A DNA stretch of 64,000 nt, taken from NCBI GenBank assembly GCA_030141605.1, contig JAQGDQ010000443.1, positions 124,001 through 188,000 on the forward strand. Direction: 5' to 3'. Both the position numbers and the translations under genes were made by a program. Position 1 is the first letter of the stretch. Every line of letters begins with the position of its first letter. Positions 13,888-26,769 of the stretch are shown here, one piece after another. Below the pieces are notes generated by a model that saw only the letters and a program-made list of their open reading frames with translations, was not told where the DNA came from and did no database searches. This DNA comes from Tubiluchus corallicola. Lineage: Eukaryota > Animalia > Priapulida.

Positions 13888-14741
13888 GATTTATTTCGAG
13901 TTATTGTAATAGAACACATTCATTAGGTTAGTTACTTAAATAAATAACAAAAACGACATCGGTTAGTAATTAAAAAACTCACATTTTTACATAAATAAAG
14001 AGTACCATTAAGCAGCACACATTATACGATATTGAATTAATTTTATATTACGGGGTCACAAGTTATTCGCAACATAAATATTGTAGAATATCATTTAATT
14101 GCTGCTTGTCCAAAAAGGAAAAATCATTTCTGCTTAAATCGTTTAAAACATGTTGAACAAATGAAAGAGCGGTGCTTTGATCTCATGTAAGCTTTCTAGC
14201 ATTCTTAGATATGAATATTTTAATTTTTAAATAACCAAACTTTGTTAGTTACCATTATGCTTACATTTTAATAAATTGCAGATTGCAACCCAATGTTGAC
14301 TGCACAAAATATTCTGCATTTCTCGCAAAAAAATCGCAAACGCATTACTGCTATTAAAACATGAAATAAATAATTTTAAAAATCTGATTTCAAACTGGGT
14401 GTTCGGATGGCAAATACATAATTTATAATTTATCGAGTAAAACATATTTAGAAAAGCCACCAGCATTACATACAAATTACCAAAAACAAGTGTAAAATGG
14501 TACACAACACTTTACAAAACATAAAAAACAACATTACCATTCTTAACAATTAGTCAATATACAGTCGTTGGCATCTACTCCTAAAGCTTATTCAAGAATC
14601 TCGATCTAATTTCGCCGTTCCGCACGCTTGGATAATTTGATTAATTTGAAGGCATCAGGGGATTTTCAAATTAGACAAGTGAGAATTTTCTGTTTTATCT
14701 AGACTCAATCAAAACGTCGTCATCACGTGTCCGCTCAAGCA

Positions 14742-14802
14742 ATGGCGTTTGTGGTGGGGATTATCCTCGTTTACTTTCAAACTACGCATGCATCGGTCAA
14801 AG
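14742..14802 (+). CDS. Candidate signal-peptide exon (MAFVVGIILVYFQTTHASVK) of an unidentified gene
   Basis: Polypyrimidine acceptor ending at 14702, GCAATGG start context, hydrophobic core, AAG|GCAAGT GC-type donor in phase 1; no downstream exon found. Confidence 0.35.
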
Positions 14803-16639
14803 GCAAGTGTAAGCGACTGCAACGAGGTTGCTATAGACTTGGAATTTTTGCCTCGAAGTTTAGTCCTTATTCCAATTTTTGTGCTTCAAAAAAAAATTTG
14901 CTATATTTTACATTGCTACATTAATCTGCGAAGTTTGAATCATTAAAGATGAGAAGTTGGTATTCAGGCGCCATAATTAGTCTACATTATGGCAAAAGAC
15001 AAAAGTCAGCGCTGGACAAAAGTGTAAAAAGTGTCTTGTCTCTTTCTAGTCTTCTTCCTACTTCTAGATGTGTTACATTAATTTCTTTTATGCAAAGTTC
15101 TCTAAACAAGATTGTAAGAACTAATGTGTAATGTAACGTAGTACGTATAATTGTAGATAGTAATGTCAAAAATTAATTTTGAGAATAGAATAATGACAAC
15201 TAAAACGGGAAGGAAAATGTAAGTTTTTACTTCATCCTCTGCTTTTCCTGAGTGTATTTATTGCAATTTTATTGTTTTATACGTAGAATGTATTTTTATA
15301 AGAGCGTGTGTAAATTTATATATAATATGTAATAGTTTTAACTCAATGAACAAATAAATTGTAAGCCATCGAGAGTCGGAAGCAGCGAGTGAGAAAATAA
15401 GCAATTTATTTTATTTACAGAATCTTAATTCATTTCACAGATTGTATTGTACTACACGTGCATTGTTCTGCAATAATTATCCTTTTACAAGAAACTACAG
15501 AGTTCCGCCCAGAAGCATGCTAGATAACATGCCTTAGCTAACATTTGTAGGTAGTGCAAATTGACATTATTAAACGAATTAGTACCTTCTGGATGGTGCG
15601 TCTCATTTGCTTATAACTTTATCGTAAAGAATATCTGTTGAAGGGTCCTGGGGTGTGTGATTAAAGTTATAAAAAGGCTTAGTGCACAATATTAGGTAGC
15701 TATGCTCAGAGGTCCCAGGTTCCCTTTTGAACTCGATGAGCTTTGCTGTCTTTCTACCTAAGCGTTTTGTCATTCCAAGGATTAGGCGCAATAACAGGTG
15801 GCAAACCAAAGTTTCATCGAGTTAAACTACATCTCATGTAAAGAGTGGGAATAAAGAGGGCAACGTCAGCAAAGAATCTAATCCAACATTTACACGACAG
15901 AAGATTTTCACTATTGACTAACTACAAATTAGAAGAGATCATAATTATAATCAATAATGCCTTAGCCTTGCGTCATAAAATGAAAGAAAGAAAAGAATAA
16001 TTTGTGGTGTGGTTACATGAATGTATGAATGCATAAAGCAAAAAGAAAACCAAACACTAAGTAAATGAATAAAGCTAATGGTTGTGTATAAAGTTAAGAG
16101 TTTAACAGCTTCATTATTTCGTGCAGAGACAAGATATCGTCTGAGATCTATTGCTGCTTTGCATGGCACCAAATGGCTGATAGAAGGAAAACCTTGATCC
16201 ATTGCGTGCATGCTTACTTCAGATAATGTCCTAAGCTGCCATAAATTAAGCAGAAATTTCAAACACAAACCACTAACCTCTCATCAATAACAGGCTTTAA
16301 GCGATTGAAATCAACTAGTTCCGTGAACCCGATTATCGATATTTAATCGATCCAAAAATAAACAAACAAATAAACACAGTTTACACAGCGTGTTACGAAA
16401 CGCTGCTGCAGACTGTTGTAATATCAACAGCAAATAAGAGCTTTTGTATAGTAATGTTCATGTGCAAAAGTATCAGAAAAATTAAGACCCTTTTAAAAAT
16501 AACAGACTTCCGTTTTTTTCCAATATCAAGACATCAAAGTTATTTCAAAAATCATAACACTAATAATTATAACACAGAGAACATGTGACCTCTATCACTA
16601 AGCTTAACATGCGTACACATCTGGTAGTAGCAAAATCTT

Positions 16640-17700
<1,061 letters not shown>

Positions 17701-17715
17701 GTAGCGGCTTCAAGC

Positions 17716-18804
17716 ATATAGTAAAAATGGCGCAAGAAAAAATGGCACAGGTAAAAATGGCACAGGAAACAATGGCACGAATGGAAAAGCAAGTAAACTG
17801 GCGCAGGAAAAAATGGCATAAATGGAAAAGTAGAAAAAATGGCAAATAGATTATATTGATGCAATTGATTTCTATAATAAAACTAGAAGGCGCTCATAGT
17901 AGGAAGCAGATCTCCGCCAAAGCCGAACAAATCTAAACTTATTTGTCTGATTTTTTTTTATTAAAAAAATTAACACAGAGATTAAACAGGCAAACAAGCA
18001 AAAATGTGCCTGTACTGCTATTATGCAGACCAGCAAAAGTCTCACAAATTATTTGTTCATTAAATAGATTTATATACAATAATGCGTGAATGTTCCACAT
18101 AGTGTTTTTCTACATTTTTTTATATATTAATTTTGTCAATGGTAATAGACTGACAAATATATACGTATTTGCATACCATAATAAACAAAGGTTATAGACA
18201 TCGTTACTCAAACGAATATTTCTCGAAATGGAACTGGAACTTACTCATAGTACATTGTTTTTCCAGGTGGAGATAACAAAGAAGAAATACTAAACAAAAA
18301 ATAAACATTCCTCTGATACCTCCACGAAGTGTTTTACGAGTGCTTTTTTGTACGTGGAGTTCGGTCAAGTTTTGCAAAAAAAATCGGCGAAAAGATTCGC
18401 ATTTTGGCACCCAATACCCGCCTTCTGCACAAAGTTTCATGGAAATCTACTATGTAGTTGTTGCCTAAAGGTTTACTGCCATAACAGACAAAAACAACCA
18501 AACAAACAGACAAATAAATAAACAAATTGTGTCGAAGCATAACTTTCTTGGCAGAGGCAAAAATAACTAAAATAATTACCCCGTCGTAATCTTAACCCTA
18601 AATCATATTTTACTAAGTGTGCCATTTTTACCCACTTTTCCATTTGTGCAATTTTTCCTGTGCTGTTTTTACCATACCATTTTTTCCTCTGCCATTATCT
18701 CCTGTGCTATTTTTACCTACTCTTCCATTTGTGTCATTTTTTCCTGTGCCATTTTACCTACTTTTCCACTTGTGCCATTTTTACCTGCGTCACTTTACCT
18801 ATAT
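17716..18804. mobile_element. Fold-back MITE with tandem subterminal repeats and an inner insertion
   Basis: Left arm of aaaaatggcacagg-type units (17720-17850) is the reverse complement of the right arm of cctgtgccattttt units (18615-18804). Confidence 0.75.
17880..18565 (+). mobile_element. Helentron/DINE-like non-autonomous element nested in the MITE
   Basis: Subterminal inverted repeat CTCCGCCAA (about 17912) / TTGGCAGAG (about 18548), internal (ACAA/ACAG)n tract near the 3' end, A-rich flanks; family assignment is inference. Confidence 0.5.
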
Positions 18805-21800
18805 TCGTTATTTATTTCTTTTCGCGAATATAACCATCGATGTTGTCTTCATAAGTCAATTTTTGCTGGTTAGACATGAAAGAAGTAATTAGACAGTTAA
18901 ATTTAAAAGGAATTGCGCTAGGAATCCTCATGAAAATGCAGCATGCTCCATTTTTACTAAGCGACAACATTTTTCATAAACAGGACGAACTTGTAGCAGG
19001 CGACAGAATTTCTCAAGTGGAAAACGCGTAGTACGAGTTCTCAGAAAGTATTGTTTCGTTTTCGTGACGTCAGCCGCGAGGAATTTTTCTTCCAGAATTT
19101 TTGATGCGCGTTTTGGTGTGAAATGACCCCAAGTACTTTGGGATGTGAGAAGTATGCAATAGCATAGGCCCATCATACTAAAACTTTTTAGAAAACATTT
19201 TTATCTGTGATGTGCGTTAATTATCCTGTTAAAAAGTGCAGCTTTACAAAGTAAAGTATGCCCCACTAACGGTAAAAAACCCAACTGCTACGTATCAGAT
19301 GCAAAAAAACTGCTGAGATAATGAAAGATTTCGGTACGTCAAATCCTTGAAATTTCTATAGAAATTTGTAATCGATTGTTATTGATTATATTATTATATC
19401 GTGAATGACGTTATATTGATTGCTATTTGTAGAGTGACTAGGGTATTCCTGTAATTTAGTGACTGCCTTGGGTTGCTGATTGTTGCTCATTTGTGTTGTG
19501 TAGAATTACAATGGGTCATCTAACACTGCTTTTGATATGATGGTAAATGAGTTTTTGCTCGAACAATATCCTCGCTAAAGTTGACAGATTACTATCGCCA
19601 GCAGACATATTCACTTGCTTAACATCACTGCTTCTTGGTCAAACCATTTTTCATAATCGTATGGATGCTATTAATGTCTTTTATCGCCTTATAACTTTGA
19701 TCAGTTTCCATTAACACTATAATCTGTTAATTAAACTTGCCAAGACCTAGACGTGATCCCAAGGGGACGTCGACTATACAGCAGAAGTCAGTATTATGAG
19801 TTGAACTTTTTAACATTGCAGCTTCTTCTTCCGCAACTAACTGAAGTGGTTATTGGACATTGAGGTGGTCGTTGTTACGTATTCAAATACAAATGAAGCA
19901 AATGAGCTACTGAAATGCGTTGCTTCTAGTGGTAGTATTTCTAAGATACCTTCAAATTGTGAGACAAATGGACAAATAGGTATATACCTAGGAGTTTCTC
20001 CATATGATGCATACGATTTTTGCTTTAATAAGCATTTGTTGACGCATGTGTTTCTTGGCAAACCATGATCACAACTACTACTACTACCACAAACCTTGGC
20101 AAACAAGGGTTGAAGAAATAAAAAGTGCAAGCCCAGCTTAAACTTTTATTAAAACAGATAAAATAATTTGTAAAGTTTGTCACTATCACCTAATATAAAT
20201 AGTTTTGGAAGTAGGATTAAACTGTTTAACAAAATGCTCTCGAGGATAAAACAAGTAGTGTCACTGATAAACAAGAGCCTGGTGACAGTTATTATGTGAA
20301 AATTTTATAAAAACGTGTCAAAGTGTGACACATATAGATTACATAACTAAATGTGATGATTGTAATTGTGATGTAAATGTGATGATACATTTTGATACAC
20401 AGTCAGTAGTAGGCAAGTTTGAACCTCGCAGCAATTAATAGCTTGTGTTCTCAGCTTTCCAATCTGACGACGTACTTATTTTTTTGCAATTAATTACGAG
20501 AATATTATACTGTTATACCAATGGACAAACTGAGCCCTAAATGCTCATTGTACTGCGTCAAACTAAGTTTATCATAACACTGTTAAAGTATGACTCCATG
20601 TGTTCGCACACGGCAACTGGAGAGATTGCATGGTATTACATTGAAACTGATTGCGTACTTCAAGCAAAACATTCTACAGAAAGCAGCAAAAACAACATCT
20701 TGTGTACAATTGAATATCAAAAGTGGCAGAAAAGTTTGAAAAACTGACAGCAAATCGGAATACAGCATTTACAATGACGGGACGTACTCAATGTTGTTAC
20801 CCTCAAAGGCGACACTTAAGCCTGGCTCACATGGTTCAAACTCTTTTTGCGTTTTTGAGTATGGATCTATCAGAATGATTTATTGAATCAACTTGCATCA
20901 TTAAAGTCGAATTGACCTTTGTGGCGGTTCACGGCATGACGCTATTTTGCGGATCGAATGTTTAAGGTTATGCTTAATACTTACTTAATTATGCCTTTTG
21001 AATGTCACTGTCAAATTAAATATTTTCACAAAGTAGCGTGAGCTGGGTTCCTTGATATGTCCAGATTTCTAGTCACGTTATTGTAGTTCGCTAAGCCAGG
21101 GTATATCACCTGGGGTTGGCAGCCGCTAGACTTGAACTCAAAGTTGTGTGGTTGCAGTCCGCAATCTAGATCATTTCGCCACCCAATCCAGGACCTGGCC
21201 AGCCACAGGCACCATCACTCTTTTTTCGTCTAACATTAATTTGATTTTAGTCGAACTTCACATGATGTAGCCTCCTTTTAACAAGTACATCCATCCTACC
21301 ATTTAGTTGAGAAAAATTAATCAGAAACTACCAAACTTCCACCTCTCACAATGGCGATTTGGTTAACTCGAATTTATCTAGATTTCTCACTGGTTCTTCA
21401 GCTTGTCCATTTGTCTAACCACTGAAGAAAATTGGAAAGCTTCCTGGTTAAATTCGACATGTTTTCTGTCAACCTGGTGTTTGTTTTGTCAGAATTTGTA
21501 AAAAGAACTCAATAGTTACTGATTTTGGAAGATGGTGCAGTAGCTATGAAATCCAAAGAGCATTTTTTGAGGAAGCATGTCACCTGTTTAGATGTCCTTA
21601 GCTTAAAAAGAACTAATATGGTAGTGTGCAATACCGTTAAATTCAAAATGGCAGCCAAATTTCAAAAATGGCTTTATGCTTTTTTCATAAAATGCTCACA
21701 TGATAACACATGCTCTAGCAATAAGAACTGTATTGTTTAGTTGCGAGATGCTGTGCGTAGGTTTGTACGTGTGCATTATGAATATATAGTTTAACTTTCT

Positions 21801-22879
21801 GTCTTAAAATTGGTATTGTGCATGTTCTTTTGTTTGTTCACGTGATTGCCTCTTATGGAAAGTAGGGTAGGAGAGACCTGAATTCCTCAACTCGATTTCT
21901 CTGGGAATTCTCCCTCATGATTCTGTTTTTGAGTGTGTTTACTGTTTATATTGGCTTGTGTTGTCTTGTGCAATTATTTTTATTTAAATTGATGTTGAAA
22001 GTGCACATATTACATCACGCATAGTCGCTTTTGCGCCAAGCTAAGAAACGTTGTCTATTTGCAGGAACGAGCCTTTCGCTTCAATTACACACCAGTCAAA
22101 TAAAGCGGAAATTGAAATGGACAGTTTAACTCTATTCAAATATCAAAGTCTAGATTCTAACTATTGAGATATCCATACCATCCTTTATCATATTCGCAGA
22201 ACCACCTATTCATTTATGGAGCTGATATGCTTTCCAAAGTTACTCAGTATTGTATTTTGTACGTGCTTATTTAAATTGAAAAAAGGGATTATATTTGCGT
22301 AATATCTCGTTCATGCACGTGTCTATAATTCCAAACTGTGAATTCCTTCAAAAACGCAGTATCAAAAATAGACAGTCGCCTTCAAAAGCGATTTAACAAT
22401 TTAGCTGATAACAGAACGTATTATAGAAGGGTTCAGACTGAAGGACTGTTTTTAATAAACATTATTTAATTCTAGTGCTTAGTAATTAGTGCTTAAACAC
22501 GGAGAACAATCAAAACAAGCTATCGATACAGATGGTTAATATAGACGTAGGAAGTATCAGATGACTCGATGTCTGTTAAAGTTCAATGTGTAACAAAAGG
22601 CTTATTACATAACAATACAGCATTATGTAACAAAAATGCTGGGCTATGTAACAGATATAGCAGACTCCAGAGAAACACACTTCTGACAGGAAGAACAGAG
22701 CATTTGAGGTACTCTTAGTAAGTTTATTAGGTCTAATTATGTACGTCTCTTCTTGGCAAATTTACTTTTTTGTTAAAATTAATCAAAGAACTATAAAAAA
22801 GCAAAATATACAAACAATTACTGTAATTATCGTGAGCCGAATCATCAACTTTACTACATGTTTTTAATTCTTTGTCATT

Positions 22880-22980
22880 ATCATTGTCATCATCACCATC
22901 TTCTTCTTCTTCTTCTTCATCGTCAGCGTCGACATCATCGTCATCATCATCATCATCATCATCATCATCGTCATCATCAT
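22880..22980. repeat. (CAT/CTT)n microsatellite
   Basis: Direct reading. Confidence 0.9.
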
Positions 22981-23219
22981 GACATATTGTTCATGTTCAG
23001 CCAGTTAACATGACTGCAAGCCCAGATCACTCAGATCACTGGGGTCAAGTATTAAATTCCTTCTTATTCACAATTACTCTCAGATAATTAGTACAAAACA
23101 TTTGTCTTTCTTTAAATAATTTTGTCGTTCAGGCATACGAAACATATATGTTCAATATATTTCATTTTTGTGATCGCAAGTGCTTGTGTAATTAACAGCA
23201 ATTTCACGTTGTTGTTTCA

Positions 23220-23490
23220 TTCATTGTTTCATTGATTCATTCGTTTATTCAGTCTTTCATTCATTCATTCATTCATTCATTCATTCATTCATTCATTCAT
23301 TCATTCATTCATTCATTCATTCACTCATTCGTTCGTTGATTCATTCATCCACTAATGCATTCATTCATTCACTCATACATTCCTTCATTCACTCATTTAT
23401 TTATTCATTCATTCATTCATCCACGCATTCCCTCATTCAATCACCCATTCATTCATTCATTCATTCATTCATTCATTCATTCATTCATTC
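23220..23490. repeat. (ATTC)n microsatellite
   Basis: Direct reading. Confidence 0.95.
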
Positions 23491-26173
23491 AGGTATTCGA
23501 AAAGCCAGCTGCAGCTGGAAAGCAGCTCATTATTATCACGTAGTGTTTGCACCAAACAATTTTTTCAACTAAAAAACCGTACAAGCGCTCCAATACTATT
23601 CATAATTAACAGATTAATAAATTCATTCCTATCTGAACATGCTCAGGTGAAATAAAATATCTTACTATCTCAGATGAGGATCATCTGTCATATTAATGTT
23701 TGTATTTAAATATTAATTGTCATTAATTACAGTTTTTAATTAATGAACGAGGTTTTTGCAAGGTCAGATGACAGGTTTCGTATAAGAAATCGTGAGAAGT
23801 GATAACAAAAGCCAATCTGCAATATGATAAATGTCCTAAATTATTAAGTGGACTTAACATCCGCGCGTTGCACTCATTGGATCAATTAGTATGAAAATGT
23901 TGGAAACATTTAATATGTTGTTTACTGAGTAAAGATTATCGTTTCGGCAAAATATGCCATTATCAATGCTAAATATTAAGCCAAAAAATAATCAGTACAT
24001 TTGTGACACGGCAATATCAAGACACGAAAAATCATTACAAAATCTTAATATATTTTAAGTCAGATTAGTTCTAGGTTCCATCAAGTCCCGTAGTGATCAT
24101 TGTTGATTACGGAATCTCTGTGTTGCTTTGAAAGAGTTTTAGGTTTCCCGTATTGTTTTTTTCGCCCTGATTGTGAAAAATGTAATGTGTGAATGTTTAT
24201 TTAATAGCATATTTATGTATAGCAGTACCGCATATGGGGATTGTTCAAAAAAAGCAGATTGACACGTTTCGTAGAAGTCTCCTATAAGAAAACTTTTATA
24301 GATATGATGGCCGTTCATAATAAAAAAATAAAAATTTATACACTAGAAGAAAGAAATTCCATGGAATTGAAAAGTCAAATTCTGAAGACTCGGATGGTTA
24401 GGGTATCTTCTCAGATTACCAAATAAAATACCTGTGAGAGCAGTCTTAAAGGAAGTCTTAAAAATGTGCCAAAAAACCAAGTGGCAAACCAAAAACAACT
24501 TGGATTGCTAAGATAAATAAAGGGCTTGAACAACTTCAACCAAATCTAGCTGTAAGGATAGAAGCACTTACGCTGTTAGCTGTAGATAGGGATTAGTAGA
24601 ATGCTCTACTCAATGGCAATGTCTCAATGTCTGCAACAGACGGAATGAGACTTTGATAATGATGATGATGATTTTGTGATTTTATTCTTCTAACACTTAC
24701 TACATTGCTTTCTTCTCTTATTACATAAACTTCGCTTGCATTAGACTAATTGTATGCCATGGTTATGATCTTTTGCCCAAATCTCGCTCATGCAGAAGGT
24801 AATTTTGTAATTATTTTGTGCCTTGGTACTGCAGTGTCATAAATGTACTGATTATTTCTTTTAGCTTAATCTTTAGTACCGAAAATGGCATTTATCGTCG
24901 AAATGATCGTCTGCTTTCAGTAAACAGCATGTTCGTTCCTAGAAGTTGGCTCCTTTATGTATTTAATGTTGGAAATAGGCCTACTGTTAATCTGAAATAC
25001 ACAGTGAAGGCCTAAATAGGTTATTTCAACTGAAACGAAAAGGCTGCTTATATTTAAATCACTGCTACGTATGAAATGTACTACTCAGCTTATTTGAAAT
25101 GAGCGTCGTAATGAATAAGGTGTCTTCTTGTTTTTTTGGTATATCGATTAATTGTTCCATATTAAATTGACTTAAAAAACCTTCAAGTGCAATATGTATC
25201 ATCTTTATTCACATATTACAAATATCGTAGCTAAACAAATTTTAACTTGCCAATAAAAGCCGGCATTATACTGTTGAGACAATAGATTTATTTAAAACAA
25301 GACGTTTCGGTTTAATCACTACACATTATTTTCAGCTGACAAATTCGCAATAACTTTACAAAAATAAATAGGTTGTTGAAAGTGTTTGAAAACTAATTCA
25401 CATTGATCGTTTAATTTATGTCAACTTTAATATGCTTAGTTCTTCTATAAGAACTCTACTCTGTAGTTGTTACTGAGTGTCAGCAAAAATCATTATGCAG
25501 TAAAGAAGAATTCAAATGTATTATATCTTATATAAGACCACACATTTTTATCTTCAAATTTAAGCAATATTTTTTTCTGTGCAATTATTGGCATATAGAC
25601 GAATGATAAAAAACTCTGCATTTATAATTACCATTATGAAGTGGGTACAAGTTTGTACTTTGGTTTGTGCTCTGGTACTGTAAACAGGCCTGCACACAAA
25701 ATTCCAACAATAGCTCACCGTATACATCTGCTTTTTCGTCATAGCCCTGAATTCGATTCCACTGTACGATCATACTAAATACTATACCTTGCCCTACACA
25801 CGTGCTACATACCTCACAATCTCTATATGCTTCTACCTGATAACACAATAATAAACGGATGATAAGAATAGCAGAGTAGCTGCAGTATGTACTTAGTACA
25901 AAAGGGCCTGGGTAGCACATAAATGGTTGACTCCTAGAAAAATCACTTAGGGGCTGTTTCGCCTTCCGAAACTTTGTCCGGGTCCATGTCTAAAAAGTAT
26001 TTATCCCTTATTGCGAGAAGAGCTTTCCGAATGTGGCTTAAAACGCTTCTGCTCATCTTCCCGGAAGGTTGTTCTTGGTAATGGCCTAGATCCCAGTCCT
26101 GCCAGGTTAATGATTATAATAATTATGCGCCGTCTCTAAGCCCTGTTTTCGGCTTGTAGCGTGCCCAACTACA

Positions 26174-26179
26174 TTTATT
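26174..26179 (-). promoter_or_regulatory. Possible polyadenylation signal of the rGC gene
   Basis: AATAAA on the minus strand about 235 nt after the stop; this hexamer is common in AT-rich DNA. Confidence 0.3.
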
Positions 26180-26413
26180 ATATAAAAAAGAACAGCATCG
26201 ATTGTCGCATTGATACTAGACACCCACTAGTGTTATTTAAGTTTTATCAAAGAAACCTCACAAAATATGAAGCTTGACTGCTGTGCCGGAAATAAATCTG
26301 AAGCAGAACTAATTTTACAAGCAAATTATATACGATATAACAAAATTTTGAGCGTAACTGCGAACATAGTATAGAGTTCATGCAGTCGTCTTGTGTGCGA
26401 TTTTGAAAAATTT

Positions 26414-26521
26414 TTACTTAAAGTCATGTTCCTCCGTACCAGCTGCTAGGCTGAGATCAGGCAATGGCTTTTCAAACCCGTTCTTTCCAACCAACCAATA
26501 AGTAACTATACAACCAATACC
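26414..26521 (-). CDS. rGC terminal coding exon ([35 protein letters not shown])
   Basis: ttttttttctag acceptor, TYWL motif, TAA at 26416-26414. Confidence 0.94.
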   Translation of the reverse strand, partial: GIGCIVTYWLVGKNGFEKPLPDLSLAAGTEEHDFK

Positions 26522-26701
26522 CTAGAAAAAAAACAAAATGTGTTGTGGTTTGCAGTATTGCCAAACTGAACTGCGTTAGGTTTTGTACTGTTGCATTTAT
26601 AACATTGTACTGTGTTGTGCTGTGCTGCTCTATTGTGTATTTTGGTGACATTGGTGTGTGTGCGCGCGCGTGCGTGCATGTGTTGCATTATCTAATGTTG
26701 T

Positions 26702-26769
<68 letters not shown>

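Noticed and set aside
25280-25340. Hammerhead-like CTGAAAA...CGAAAC on the minus strand
   Set aside because: Core deviates from CUGANGA and flanking stems are not evident
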